The translations under genes and the position numbers were made by a program. A DNA stretch of 64,000 nt from an uncultured Chthonomonadaceae bacterium (GTDB lineage: Bacteria; Armatimonadota; Chthonomonadetes; Chthonomonadales; Chthonomonadaceae): the NCBI GenBank assembly GCA_963817895.1, contig CAWFQB010000014.1, positions 384,001 to 448,000 of the forward strand. The letters are read 5' to 3'. Positions 41,940 to 56,691 of the stretch are shown piece by piece. The notes under the pieces are model-generated. The model was not told where the DNA came from and did not search any database. It worked only from the letters and a program-made list of their open reading frames with translations. Positions within the stretch are counted from its first letter, which is position 1, and each line of letters starts with the position of its first letter.

Positions 41940-42333
41940 CGGGAGGAGCCTTCAAGCCGAGTTGCTTCATCAGGCGCGGCACGGAAATCTGCCGAAGTTG
42001 GGCGAGTTCCGACAAGGCTTTCAGGCGTTCGACATCGAGGGCTTCGGCTTCATCGCTGAGAGCAATCAGTTCGTTCTGCTCGTCAGGCGTGAGAGTGAAG
42101 GCGCGGCGTTTGGCTTGCAGTTCGGCGAACCGCTCCGCGAACCCTGCCCGCTTTTCCCGCGCAATGAACTGGAGCAGTTCCGCCTCCCGCGGCGGCACAG
42201 ACGGCGCTTTGCGCTGCGCTAACAGCTGCTGCCATTGCCGCAAAAGGTGTTCGGCTTCGCGCGTATCGAGCTGCGCCAAAGCGTTCAGCAAATCCTCGCT
42301 CGTCAGTTTTGCCTGTACGGAAATCGTCGCCAT
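41932..42333 (-). CDS. Small helical protein of the type found upstream of HNH nucleases (antitoxin-like)
   Basis: EAELL, LTPDEQNELIALSD, RLKALSELAQLR; overlaps the HNH start. Confidence 0.65.
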   Translation of the reverse strand: MATISVQAKLTSEDLLNALAQLDTREAEHLLRQWQQLLAQRKAPSVPPREAELLQFIAREKRAGFAERFAELQAKRRAFTLTPDEQNELIALSDEAEALDVERLKALSELAQLRQISVPRLMKQLGLKAPPVV

Positions 42334-42436
42334 TGTTTCAAATGTCCTTCTGCTTCATGGGGCGCGTTTCCTCACATTATACCACAGCGGCTACATACAG
42401 AAAGCGACTGCGCGGCGCTTCTTCTGTCCTGTCACG

Positions 42437-44824
42437 CTATGGGGAGTAGAGGAACATGCGGCCTTGCAGTCCTCCTCCAGCGGCGGCGCGGTTGAGACTG
42501 GTGTTGACGCGCAGGGCGATGACGTTGGTCTTGCCGGGAATCAGCGCGTCGCCGACTTCGAGGCTCAGTTCATTGGGACGCTCGTAGGCTTCTTTGTAGG
42601 GACGGTGGCCGACAAACTTGCCGTTCACCCATGCCCACGCTTCGGTTTCCACGACGGGCGTATACAGGAGGACGGACTTGCCTTTTGCGCTTGCGGGAAC
42701 GTTGACTTTGAAGCGATACCAGACCGTGCCGGTATACGGATAGCCTTCCCCGCTCATATACCCCTGCGCGTAGAACGGTTTGGTGGTTTGTACCGAACGC
42801 CACTCCTTTGTGTCCCATTGCGACTGATACCAGCCTGCGAAGCGGCCTTCATCGTAGGGGTCGGTTCGGAAGTCCGCCTGCTCCGGCAGCAGGGCGACCA
42901 GATGCCCGGATTTGGCGGAAAGCAGATTTGCCATTTTCTCATAGTAGGCTTTGCGATCCAACACGCCCCAGTACCAGACGCCGGAGTCGTAACGGCGCTC
43001 ATCGGGCAGGCAGAAAAACGGATTGATGGCGTTTAGCTGCTTACGCAACTGCATCATCCGGTCGGCATGTTGGGCGGCAGCCGCAAAATTCCCCGCCGAA
43101 CTCCGCGCCGTTCATGTCCATGTAGGCTTTGAGGTGTTCGTAGATGAGGCGGTCTACGTGTACGTGAAGTTTATCCCGTTCCGAAACCGCCAGCCGCTCC
43201 GCTGATTCTACATTGGTTTGTAACTTCGCCAGCAATTGGGGCGTGTACACGTAGGGCAGGATGCGCTCCTCGTGCCCCTGTAGCGGCGTGGTTTCTATGG
43301 CGTCTTCCAGCGCGTCCCAGAACGCCTGTGCGGGCGCGGCGGCAGGCCCGTACCAGCGCGCGAAGTAGTCCGACAGCAGGCTTTTCACATCGGCGTTGGC
43401 GTTCCATTCCAACCGGGCCTGCGCGTACTTGGTCGTGATGCCGCACTCCATCCACACATTGCGGGTTTCATCCGCGAAGCCCGCCACGCCCCACTTTTTG
43501 AGCAGGGGCATATTGCGGGCCAGCCGGCGCGTGGTTGGAACCGGGGTCAGGGCCGTGACGAGCATCGTGTAATCGTAGCCGTATATCCATACTTTATCGC
43601 TCAGTTCGGCCCAACGCCGCAATGCCTGCCCCTGCCGCTTCATCTGCCAGCTTTTGGGATCGTCGTAGGCGTGAAGCGTATCCGACCAAATGGCGGCGAA
43701 CATCACGCCGACATTGGGGTCAATGGCAACGCCCTGCGGCGGAAGATCGCGATTCGCGTAGCCGTTCGTGGTGATTATTCGGTCGGGAAATTCCGTCTTG
43801 ACCTGCCGGGTAACGGCGTTGACAAACTCAATCCACTCTTCGCTCACGCTAACTTCCGTCGGTTCGCCCTCGCGCCCGCCCATTTCGGACAGGTTCAGAT
43901 TGCGCTTTACGGTGGCGGGGTTGAAATCGCGGGGAAGGCCGTCATCGGGCGCAATGCCAATGGAACCGGCCTGCGGATTCTTGCGGAAATACGCCTTCAT
44001 GTTATCGGCGGCGATCTCTACGGCTTTCGGGATTGGTCAGATTGGGCAGAAACGGATTGATTGTGCCGTCCAGATTTTTGGCAAAGTATTCCGGGTGGGT
44101 TGTCACCAGTTTGGCATCCGCGACAAACTGGCGCACGGACGAATCCCCCGGAGGGGCAAAAATCTCGTCGGGGTTCATCTTGTTGCGGATTTTCCACCGC
44201 CGTTCCTGTTCGGCCATTTCGGGCGTGGTATGCAGCCACCAGTTGCGCATGATGAAATCCGGCTTCTGGCGAATGGACAGGTCGGCAACCGTGATTGTGG
44301 TTTGATGCGGCAGAACTTCCCCGAATTCGCCGGGCATGTACCAGCGCGCGCCGAGCCGTTCGAGGAAATCATACACGGCGTATTCCGTGCCATGATACGG
44401 CCCCATGTCGTTGCCCGCCAGAACCAGACGCTCCCCTTTGGCTGAGCTCGACAAAGCCCTCTTCCCTCTTCTGCGGCGTCAGGCCGTCGGGAATGTTCGT
44501 TTTCTGCGCGGCAGTCAGGCGACTCTTTCCGACGAGAACGAGGACGCCTTTGACGGGCTGATCGTCCCCGACAATCGGCAGTTTCGCGCCGCTGATTTTG
44601 ACCAGATACGCCTGCAAATCCTGCGCGGCAATCGCCACCTTTTGCCCGACAGCATCGTCTTTGGCCGGAGCCAGCGCCGTCTTCGCTATGACAATGCTCG
44701 CCTGCGCGACACCGTCCCGAACAAGCGTCAGGGCGTCGGCAGGCTGAACCTGTAACATGCAGAATCCTGCGCCCAGGCTCCACGTCAGGCAATGCGCGGT
44801 TGTTTTCAACTTCTTCTGAGCCAT
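42437..44824 (-). CDS. DUF4838 glycoside-hydrolase-like exported protein (3-4 frameshifts)
   Basis: AAQDLQAYLVKISGAKLPI, GTEYAVYDFLE.LGARWY, HPEYFA, YFARWYGPAA; C-terminal sugar-binding domain. Confidence 0.75.
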
Positions 44825-44867
44825 AGGGTTCTCCTTGCCGCGATTGGGCGTATAGCTGTTATCAATT

Positions 44868-44931
44868 GGCCCTCAACCCCTAACCCCTTCTCCCAAAAAA
44901 GCCTGGGAGAAGGGGAACCTGTTGGGAGAGG
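44868..44931. repeat. REP-like palindromic element
   Basis: Same family as 31005-31072. Confidence 0.85.
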
Positions 44932-44952
44932 CTTTTAGCCGTTACCAGGTTG

Positions 44953-47142
44953 TCAGTATTTCAGCGCAAGCACTTCGTGAATGTCGTTAATGGTGGCCTC
45001 AATGCGGTTTCCAATCCGGCGCGTTTGGGTAGCCGGGTTCCATGCCGTCACGCTTTTTACCGGAAAGCGAACGGCAATGGCGGCGCGGAACAGGGGGGCC
45101 TCTTCGGTCAGTCCGGGCAGCACATAGGGCCTGCCGGTTGGGGGCGTTGTCTGCGGCAGCGCGTTGTAGGCCAGAAAATGGACGCGCAGCAGCCGCGTTT
45201 TCGGGTCGTCGGTGACAACAGCCTCCACGTTCGCCGGAGCCGTGATTTCCATGCGCCGGGCTCGGATGCAGAAAGCGAATGGCGTTGGTAAAGAGTTTAC
45301 GCGCTTCGGTGATGTGGTGTTCCGAAGCGGTCGCGAAATCCGGCGAACCGGCGAATGTCAATACCATGCCTTTACCTGCCGGGTGAACCAGAATTGCCGG
45401 GCCAACGGGCGCGTCCGCGCTCATCGGCCAATCCGTTCCCTCCGCGCCCACTTTCTGCCGGGTTGTTCGCGCCGGTTCGCTCAACACGCCAAACGGGATT
45501 GCGGTTGTCGCGACGATACGCGGTTGCCGGTCCGGGAACCAGAAAATTCCAGTCTGAGGGGATGGAAGCGCCCAGCCCGGAGAATTGCTGCGGACGATGT
45601 GATTCAAGGCGTACCCAGTTGTCCTGTAACGCGAGGGGACGGATGGACTGCGCTCCGATCAGTTTTTCCAGCAGGGAATGGGCAAGAGGCAAGCCATACG
45701 CATCAAAAAGGCCGCTCTGCCCTGTGATGAGCAGCTTGCCCCCGGCTTCCACATAGGATTGAAACAGGCCGATTTCCCGCGTGGAGAGGATTGCCACATT
45801 CGGCAGGCACACAACCGGAAAGGACTGCAAGCGCGCAATCGTGAGGTTTTCGTCCAGCAGGACGCCATACATCAGATGCTCATAGACGCAGGCTTTTTGC
45901 GCGCCCTGAAACGCCTGAAAATAGCGCGCGGCATTCTCGCGCCCATACCAATCCCGCGTCCGCGCGCTGAAATACAGGCCGACATCGTATACCGGCTGCT
46001 GTCCAAAATGGGCGCTTTTGGCCTGCGCTTCCTTAAACGCCGTTCCAATCCGCTGATAGGCAACGGGGTCGAGCCGCCCGTCGAAGCCGGTCTTATCTAC
46101 CATCGTGACGAACGCGCCATGCGCCAGAAGTGTGAACAATTCCCATCGCATGTCGGCAAGCGGGCGGGTTGTCTGGTCATGGTACATGCGAACGCCCCGC
46201 TGCATGGCGACCTGCGCGCGCTTTCCCGGCGTGGCGGCGCGGTAAAATTCGGCGTTCAGCCCGACGCCAAGCGCGCTGAAACCCCACTGCCCGGTTTCGC
46301 CGGTCACAAAGTCGCCATTGCCCGCGTGCTGAACCGGACGCTGCCCCACTTCCCACGAGAAGGGAGGATTGCCATGATAATTGAAGTCTACCGTGGCGCG
46401 GGGGTTCAGGGACTTTATATAGTCCCGAAGCGCCTGTTCAAATCTGCGCGCTGCCGCGATAGCGAAATTCAAGCATCTCCTCCCAGTTCGCGTCCCAGCT
46501 TACCGATGTGGGCATTTTGTGGCCGAACATAGCGGCGAACTGCTGTTGACAATGCTCACACCAGCAGCCATAAGGCGGTCCAAAGCCCTGATCCAGCATG
46601 TCAATATGAAAACCGGCGATTGGGTACGCCAACTGCTCGGCCACGATCTGCTTCATCGCGTCCAGATAGCCGGAATTCAGGCAGAAGCGCCCCAACGCTT
46701 TGCCATCCATGCCGCGCATCTCGAACTCCGGGTGCGCTTTGAGATAGTGGCCGCCCTGCTGTACAACACAATAGGCAAGAACCGGCAGGCGGGTTGCCTT
46801 TGCTTCCTCGATAGCCTCGCGTAACGGATCGCGCCGGCCCAAACCGGGCGCTTTGGGCAGCAGTTTGGAGTTGTAGTAGGCGAAATCGCCATCGCGCGCC
46901 CACAGCACCACATACTGCGCGTGAGCGGCCACACAGCGCCGGACGATTTCACGCCCATTGAAGCGAGCGGCGTAGCGGGTATCGTTTGGATCGCTATTGC
47001 CGAACTGCGCCCCGGTCGGTCCCACTTCCATACCGATGAGCGCGTGTTGATACCACGCGCTTTGCGGGGCTTGCCGCGCCTGACTGAAGCCACACAGGCA
47101 GGCGAACGTCAGGCCGAACAACCAGCCAGTGAAAGTCGCCAT
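44953..47142 (-). CDS. Putative glycoside hydrolase (GHL6/fucosidase-like TIM barrel + beta-galactosidase trimerisation-like domain); ~3 frameshifts
   Basis: Signal peptide; HPEFEM..CLNSGY; GFHIDM; CWCEHC; GGKLLITG. Confidence 0.65.
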
Positions 47143-47277
47143 AGTCTCTGCCTCCTGATTCCCTCATGTCGCGAGATTGATCTTTACAGGATCAACTGGC
47201 AGTTCACTCTTTGACTTCTTCTGCAAGAGATGAGATACGAGATATGAGAAATGCCCGAACTTGTTGTACAAACACGC

Positions 47278-48061
47278 TTAATCTTTCAGAGCGGCGCGCA
47301 GTTCGGCGGCGAATTGCGCTACTGCCGCTTCGGGTGGTTCGGCCTCTTCGTATTCGATAGCCAGAAAACCACGATACCCAGCTTGCTCCAGAATACTTCG
47401 CGACGCGTTTGTAGTCTATACGCTCACGCGATAGCGGCGGTCCCGGCGTAATTGTCGCAAGCGGCTTGGCATGGGTTGCTACCGCAAAGGGTGCGCATGC
47501 TTCAAACTGTTCGTAGATGTCGCCATGAAAATTGCCGAAGTCGAGGTTGAGGCGCAGCGCGGGGCGGTCTACGGCCTGTAATAATCGCAGCGTTCCGGCT
47601 GCCGTTTGTGTCAGGCCGCCGTGATTTTCCAGAGCCAGCATGATGCCCCGCTCCCACGCGGTTTCGGCGCAGGATTGCAGGCACGACACGACTTCCTGAA
47701 AGGTTTGTTCCGGGTCTGAGTCCGGGCGGACCGCGCCTGCAAAAACGCGCAGGGTCGGCGCGCCCAAAATCTCCGAATGTTCAATCCACGCCTTTGTCAT
47801 GGCAACGTGTTCCTGCCGCTTGCCCGCCTCCGGGTGGGCGAAATCGCTGCCGATAGCCGTGCCGGAGATCAACATTCCTTCCCGATGCGCCAGACGCTTC
47901 AAGTCGTTGAGGTAAGCGCGTTCCGTCGAGGCAAAGTAGTAAGAGGTCAGTTCCACGCCGTCAAAACCTGTCTGTCGGCACAGTTGAATGAAATCCGGCA
48001 AAGTGATTTGCCCGGCTTGCAGGGCGTGACGATAGGAGTAGGCGCAGCAGCTCAGTCGCAT
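47278..48061 (-). CDS. Sugar phosphate isomerase/epimerase (xylose-isomerase-like TIM barrel); frameshift near 47395
   Basis: GFDGVEL, LALENHGG, LNLDFGNF, THAK; shifted GYRGFLAIEYE. Confidence 0.85.
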
Positions 48062-48153
48062 CGGTTCTCTCCTTCACAATGGGAATCAACCCGACAACGC
48101 ATCAGGCCAGAGTGGTTTGCTCTGGCCTGATTCAAGGTAACAACGCGATCACA

Positions 48154-50888
<2,735 letters not shown>

Positions 50889-50894
50889 AAACCT

Positions 50895-50926
50895 ATTGTA
50901 GCCTCATAATCTGGAATAAGTCAATA
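50895..50926 (-). promoter_or_regulatory. Sigma70 promoter with overlapping FurA-type operator
   Basis: TTGACT-N18-TACAAT; TTGACTTATTCCAGA resembles the mycobacterial furA box. Confidence 0.7.
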
Positions 50927-51005
50927 GTACGACAAATTCGATTTTGGCGCGCGTCTATCCCTGGGCGCGGGATATGATCGCTTACCTCCAAACAAATGGG
51001 GGCGA

Positions 51006-51359
51006 TTGGAAACCGACGCATTTCAAATGAGCTTCAGCGGCGATCCTGACGAACTGGGACGATGGCGTGGTTATGCGTCGAACGGCATGGGTTGTTCTAT
51101 TGTGACGGATGCGGTAGCAGTGAAAAATGTGGCTGACCTGGCGGGATGGGTTCTTTACGAGCGCGGGCAGCAAGAGGTTTTCGCCTCCAGGGTTCTGAGC
51201 AGATTGCAGAGCGAGAAGGATAACGCTGTCATAGAAAAGGCGCTTGTTGCGGCGGCAAGCTGTATGAAGCATGAGGGCTTCAAGCCGGAGAAGGAATTCC
51301 GTCTGTTGAAGTTTCCCGGCGTGTCGGACACCTGGGCGTCCGTCTCCACAACTTATTAG
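51006..51359 (+). pseudogene. DUF2971-like fragment
   Basis: SFS..D.L..WRGYA..G.G.SI and KHEGFKPEKEFRL; both termini missing. Confidence 0.65.
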
Positions 51360-52439
51360 AGACAGCGGCAGCAACCCAGAGTATCCGAGGTTGCCATCTG
51401 CTCCGCCGTCAGCTTCTGTAGATCCGTCAGGACGACGCGGGTTCCCGCTGCGCGCGCCTTTTGCAAGCCTCGCGCCAGCAGGGATGTCTTGCCCATCTGT
51501 CGCGCCCCTTTGACCAGGACAATGCTGTCCTGCCGGGCCACGGCATGGCTGAAAAGACCATCGCTTTCGCGTTCAATGTAAAAAGCGGATTCCAGAGGCA
51601 CGCCTCCTCCTTCCGGCTCCAAGTCCGGTTGTACTCCCAATGGTTGGGAGGCGGCTTCTCCCGGCAGAGGCGCTTCGGAACCAGACGGAAGCGTGGGGCG
51701 CTGTAAATGCGTCAGCAGGGCGCGCGTTTCCGCCGAGGGGCGCAGTCCCATTTCGCCCCGGAGAACGCGTTCCAGTTCCTGATACTGGCGGATGGCGTCT
51801 ACATTCCGTCCGGCCTGACCAAACAGGCGTATCAGAGCGGCATGCGCCTCTTCATCGAGAGCGTCTGCGGTGATGGCGCGTCTGGCATAGGTGATGGCGT
51901 ACAGGCAGATCGCCCATCTGCGCAAAGGCGTGGGCTGACTGACTCAGCGCGTGACGATATGCGATGGCAAGCCGTTCACGCTCTGCAAGTACCCAGTTCT
52001 CATAGCGTCCCGGCAAAAGCTCGCCCGTGTAAAGAGCGATGGCGCGGCAAAGACAGTCCGCGCGCTCCGACTCATCATTGGCCTGCCTGACATCCTGTAG
52101 GGCGCGTTCAAACTCCTGTATGTCCGTTGTGAAAGAATGGGCGTCCAGGCGTATTTCGGCCCGGTCGGAGATTAAGACGCTGCCGGTTGGGGTGGCCTCC
52201 GGTTCCAGAATACGCCGCAAGGCCCACAGCGTTGTACGAAGTCGGCTGCGCGTCGCTTCCGGGTCTTCTTCGGGCCAAAGTTGCTCGGCAAGCGCCTTGC
52301 GAGAGTGCGCGCGATCCGGGAAGAACGCCAGACAGGTGAGCAGAGCCGCCGTTTGCCGGGTCTCAAAATGAGCGGGCGCTTCCTCACCGCGCTGCGCGCA
52401 AAAATCTCCCAAAAGCCTGATTCGCCAGGAAGTTTTCAT
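51356..52439 (-). pseudogene. wHTH-BTAD + AAA-like regulator truncated inside the ATPase domain
   Basis: [33 protein letters not shown], then an abrupt end. Confidence 0.8.
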
Positions 52440-52491
52440 GATGTTTTCCGTTCGCGAAATGTCCCTCACTGGCTATTTTACACATCTATCA

Positions 52492-52519
52492 TCAAATCTG
52501 CGTCAAATTGAAGTCAAAC
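52492..52519. promoter_or_regulatory. Three TCAAA(T/C) direct repeats at 11 bp period; candidate SARP operator
   Basis: Copies at 52492, 52503 and 52514, upstream of the BTAD gene. Confidence 0.5.
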
Positions 52520-52551
52520 TTGTTGGAGGGGGCGTGTGGATACTGTACATG

Positions 52552-53773
52552 TTATTTAGCAGTTGATTGGTCTTGGAAGAGCAAGGGGACGAATTCAATC
52601 AGGTAGTCGCGCCAGTTGAGCCAGGTATGCCCGCCGGAAGACTCGGCGTAGGTGACATTAAAGTCATGCTTTTTCAACAGGTCTACCGTAGAGCGCGTGG
52701 TTTGCAGCAGAAAGTCGTCTTTCCCAGTTCTGAACCAGAGGAGTTTCAGCCCCTTTTTCCAGGCCGCATTGTCCAATTCAGCCAGATGCTGTTCTTCCCA
52801 GGGCGAGCGCGCGTTGGCAGGGGGCGCCGCGGAGTTCGCCTGCACGCCGAACGGGGAAGGCGCCGAACAAGCCGGAACTGAACACGCCGACATAGGCAAA
52901 CTTCTCCTGATGGGGAATGGCGAGGTTGAGTGTCTGCCCACCGCCCATGGAAAGTCCTGCGATAGCGCGATGCTGCCGGTCATTGATGGTACGGTAGTTT
53001 TTCTCCACAGCAGGCATAATGTCGTTGAGAAAGTCCTGCTCGAACTCGTCTGCGGGCGGACGCGCGCCGGACGAGGGCGGCGGGCCGCCGACCCCGCCGC
53101 CCCGGGTATGCCCGGCAGGCATGACGACGATCATCGGCTTTGCCTTGCCCGCCGCAATCAGGTTGTCCAGGATAAACCCGGCGCGGCCTACCGTACTCCA
53201 CGAGGCGTCACTATCGCCCGACCCGTGCAGCAGGTAAAAGACCGGATATTTGCCTTTGCCCTGTTCATAACCGGGCGGGGTGTAGATGTGCATCCGGCGA
53301 AATCCTACTGAGTGTCGTGGAATAGTAGGAAACAGAAGCGACCGCGCCATGCGGCACGTTTTTGGTGTCCATGAACTCCGAGCCGGGAACAGTGACCAGG
53401 CTCCAGACGCTGCCGAGCGATTCGCTGACGGCAGGACTGCGCGGGTCTATAGTGGAAACGCCATCCACAACGAAGGTGTAGCGGTACGCGCCGGAAGGAA
53501 CAGGCTCCGTGGTGAATGTCCAGACGCCATTCTCTGCTTTCGTCAACGCCGCGCCTGCCCCGAGACCGGGAATGTCCCCGCCATTCAGCCGCACCGATTC
53601 CGAGCGCGGGGCGTAGATGCGGAACGTCAGACGCCGGTCCGCCTGCACTTCCGGGGATTGGACGGCAGGAGGCGGTTGTGGGCGGCGGCGGGCGCTTGAG
53701 AGTAGGCGGAAATGGAGCCTGACAGCGCGACTGCCACGCTTGCAAACTTAAACCAATGAGTAATGGGTTTCAT
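52552..53773 (-). CDS. CE1-type esterase with N-terminal Ig/E-set domain (several frameshifts)
   Basis: [26 protein letters not shown]. Confidence 0.85.
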
Positions 53774-53927
53774 CTTAGTCTCCCTGGTGAAGATGAGAGG
53801 GCTCATCCTGCCGCTTGATTCAGCGCGAGGCAGCTGGAACAGTTTTGCGCGCACTGATAGACAATCGTTCTTCCACCAGCCACTCAGTCGCCCCGAGCGT
53901 CGAACCCGACAGGAGCGGCAGGCAGGT

Positions 53928-54921
53928 TCACGGCCCTGCTGTGGGATCGCCGGGGAACATGATCTGCGCGGTCTGGTACAGGTAGCGCCGCCAGTTCTTC
54001 CACTCGTGTCCTCCGGTACTCAGTGTCCAGAACGTGCGAACGGCATACTTATTCAAGACCGAGAGGGTTTTCTGGCTGTTGACAAGCGCAATGTCCGTTT
54101 CCCCGGCAGCCATATAGAACGGGACGCGCAGCAGATTGGCATTGGTCTTTGGATCTGTAAATACGGACTTGAAGTTATCTTCAAACGTCTGTACCTGATC
54201 GGGGAAGTAGCCGGAACTATAGACATACAGTTCGCTGAAGGTATCCAGATGGGAAAGTCCGGTGTTCATCACCACGAACCCGCCCATCGAGAGACCGGCC
54301 AGCGCGCGGTTCTCACGCCCCGTTTTGGCGCGGTAGTGGCTTTCCACGTAAGGAATGATGTTCTTCAGATACTCCCTGGTACAGGCATCGTCTTTCCCCG
54401 GAACCGGCGCGACGGGCGAGGCAAGACCGCGCGTGTTGGGCATGACTACAATCATCGGTTTGGCCTTGCCCGCCGCAATGAGATTGTCCAGAATGTACTG
54501 GGCGTTGCCGCCGTTGGCCGGACCCGTGTCCGTCCAACGGGAATCGTCCTCGCCCCCGCCATGATTGAGGTAGAGCGTGGGATACCGGATCGTCGAGTTT
54601 TGCGCATAGCCTGGCGGTAAATAAACGTGCATCCGCTTGTCGCGGCCCGCTTCATTGCGATACGTAGCCTGCTCGACTGTGCCATGCGGCACATCTGCCC
54701 CGGGCATAAAACGCGGTGTCATTGTCGCGTGGAAGCGCCGGGAGAATGGGTAGCGGAACCGGGCCAGAGGCTGGCCGGGGTGGAAACCCGCCCGGTCGCG
54801 GTTGCCCCTGCCCCGGCGCAGGAGGCTGGGCGCGAACGCCTGCGACGATGCAGGTCATCAAGGCTACGATAAGTAAACCCGCCGGAAAGCCCGGTCGTTT
54901 ACGCAGCGGCTGTGAGTTCAT
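53928..54921 (-). CDS. CE1-type esterase (frameshift near 54705)
   Basis: YLPPGY, GLSMGG, GGHEWKNWRRYL. Confidence 0.85.
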
Positions 54922-54974
54922 GTGTCTCCTCAAAGGCGTTTTTCCTGTCGGTCTGACGGCTCGGATGAATCCTT

Positions 54975-56624
54975 TCATTGGGACTGCGCCGTCGCCACAT
55001 GGAAATAGTCGAAGTCCACGGAGCCGCCTGTGGACTTTGTCGCATAGTTGAACAGGGCAAAGCGATATCCCATGAAATGGGGAAGCGTGTAGGTCATTTT
55101 CAGAGGTGAACCGACCGCGTTCCAGTTCGCGCCATCCATACTATAATAGAAAGTAGCTCTATCGGCCCTATTCTCGAAATCGGCCTGAACTTTTAGAAAT
55201 ACGGTTTTCTGATTTAGCGGAACCGCTGCTACCTCGATGGGTGTCCCGGATTCGGCGCTTATCATAACGATTGTTTTAGAGTTCTCCGCCGCCTTGACAG
55301 CAACATATCCATAGTTCTTCTGGAACGCGGCAAGACCGGCAACGTCGCCGTCTTTCATGCCGCTCACATCCATGGAGATAATCCCGGTACAGCGCGGGCC
55401 AAACATCCTTTGCGTCAGCGTGTTTCTCGCCTCCGCCAGCGTGGAGTCCACTCGTCCCGTCGTCAAGCGCAGCCATCCCGGACGGTCCGTAAGCGACCAG
55501 AAGCGATTGTCCGGGTTGTGGTTCCATTGCCATGCGAGCGGAAAAGCGCCCCGCATGTAATCATTTTCGCCGCGTTGGGACTTTTTCAGTTCTGCCAGCA
55601 AACGTGGCGACCGGTCAAACTCATCAGATGCCGTGATACCTCCGATTGTCCCCCTACCGGCAGGAATATCCAGCGTATGCGGCGCTTTGCCGTCTATTCC
55701 GAGTACCGGCCAGCCCTCTTCCCACTTCACGGGTACCAAAAATGGGGTACGGCCAACGGCCCCATGATCCTGAAAGAGGTAGGCGACCCATTTGCCGTCC
55801 GGCGTATCTATGAGTCCTCCCTGCGCAACGCCCTGATCGCTGAGAGCGACTCGCCCCTCATACGGCCCGGTGAGGTTGTCTGAACGAAAGACGAGTTCGG
55901 TACGCATCCCCCGTCTCGGCCAGGTGATACAGAAGAGGTAGTATTTCCCATTAATCTTAAAAAGCTGCGAACCTTCCGCCTGTAGGCCGATGTTTGGGCC
56001 TGCCACAAGGCTGGCATTGGGAATGATAACTTTATTCACGCCGTCCGGCTTGATCCCCGACGCATCTGCGGTGAGTTCAATCAGCCGGATGTTGCCGCTT
56101 CCCGTCGCCATGTAGACGCGGCCATCGTCGTCGAAGAACAGCGAATGGTCGTGCAGCGCAGGCTCGAATGAAGATAGGGCCCACGACCCCTTTTCGATGT
56201 TGTTGGTTTTGAAGATGTATGTCTTGTGGGTGACGCTGCTAAAGGTCGTGACGTAGTAGACGCCCTGATGGTATCGCAGGCTGCTCGCCCACGAACCTCG
56301 GCCATAGTTGTTCTTGCCGTTCCTCAGAGCCAGCTCGTCCGTATCGCCGAGAGTGTCATAAGCGTAGTTTACCAACTGCCAGTTTACAAGATCACGGGAC
56401 TTCATAATGGGAAGACCCGGATTCATGTGCATGGTGGTGCTGCTCATATAGTAGGTGTTGCCGACGCGGATTATGGAAGGGTCCGGCACATCGGCCCAGA
56501 CAATGGGGTTTTGCGCAACATCCTCCGGCGCTGCGGCACACGCCGGCAGAACGCCGAACACAGTCACAGCGCTGAGGAACATTAAAAGCAGACGGCCAAT
56601 CTGTACAATGGTCTTCGCGTCCAT
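54975..56624 (-). CDS. GH43 with C-terminal ConA-like domain
   Basis: NPIVWADVPDPSII, WASSLRY, AEGS, WQWNHNP. Confidence 0.92.
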   Translation of the reverse strand: MDAKTIVQIGRLLLMFLSAVTVFGVLPACAAAPEDVAQNPIVWADVPDPSIIRVGNTYYMSSTTMHMNPGLPIMKSRDLVNWQLVNYAYDTLGDTDELALRNGKNNYGRGSWASSLRYHQGVYYVTTFSSVTHKTYIFKTNNIEKGSWALSSFEPALHDHSLFFDDDGRVYMATGSGNIRLIELTADASGIKPDGVNKVIIPNASLVAGPNIGLQAEGSQLFKINGKYYLFCITWPRRGMRTELVFRSDNLTGPYEGRVALSDQGVAQGGLIDTPDGKWVAYLFQDHGAVGRTPFLVPVKWEEGWPVLGIDGKAPHTLDIPAGRGTIGGITASDEFDRSPRLLAELKKSQRGENDYMRGAFPLAWQWNHNPDNRFWSLTDRPGWLRLTTGRVDSTLAEARNTLTQRMFGPRCTGIISMDVSGMKDGDVAGLAAFQKNYGYVAVKAAENSKTIVMISAESGTPIEVAAVPLNQKTVFLKVQADFENRADRATFYYSMDGANWNAVGSPLKMTYTLPHFMGYRFALFNYATKSTGGSVDFDYFHVATAQSQ

Positions 56625-56691
56625 CGGTTTCTACATTCTCCTGATCGAGGGAACCCAATCCTCCAGTTCCCGTCCGAAGCGCGATGAACGG

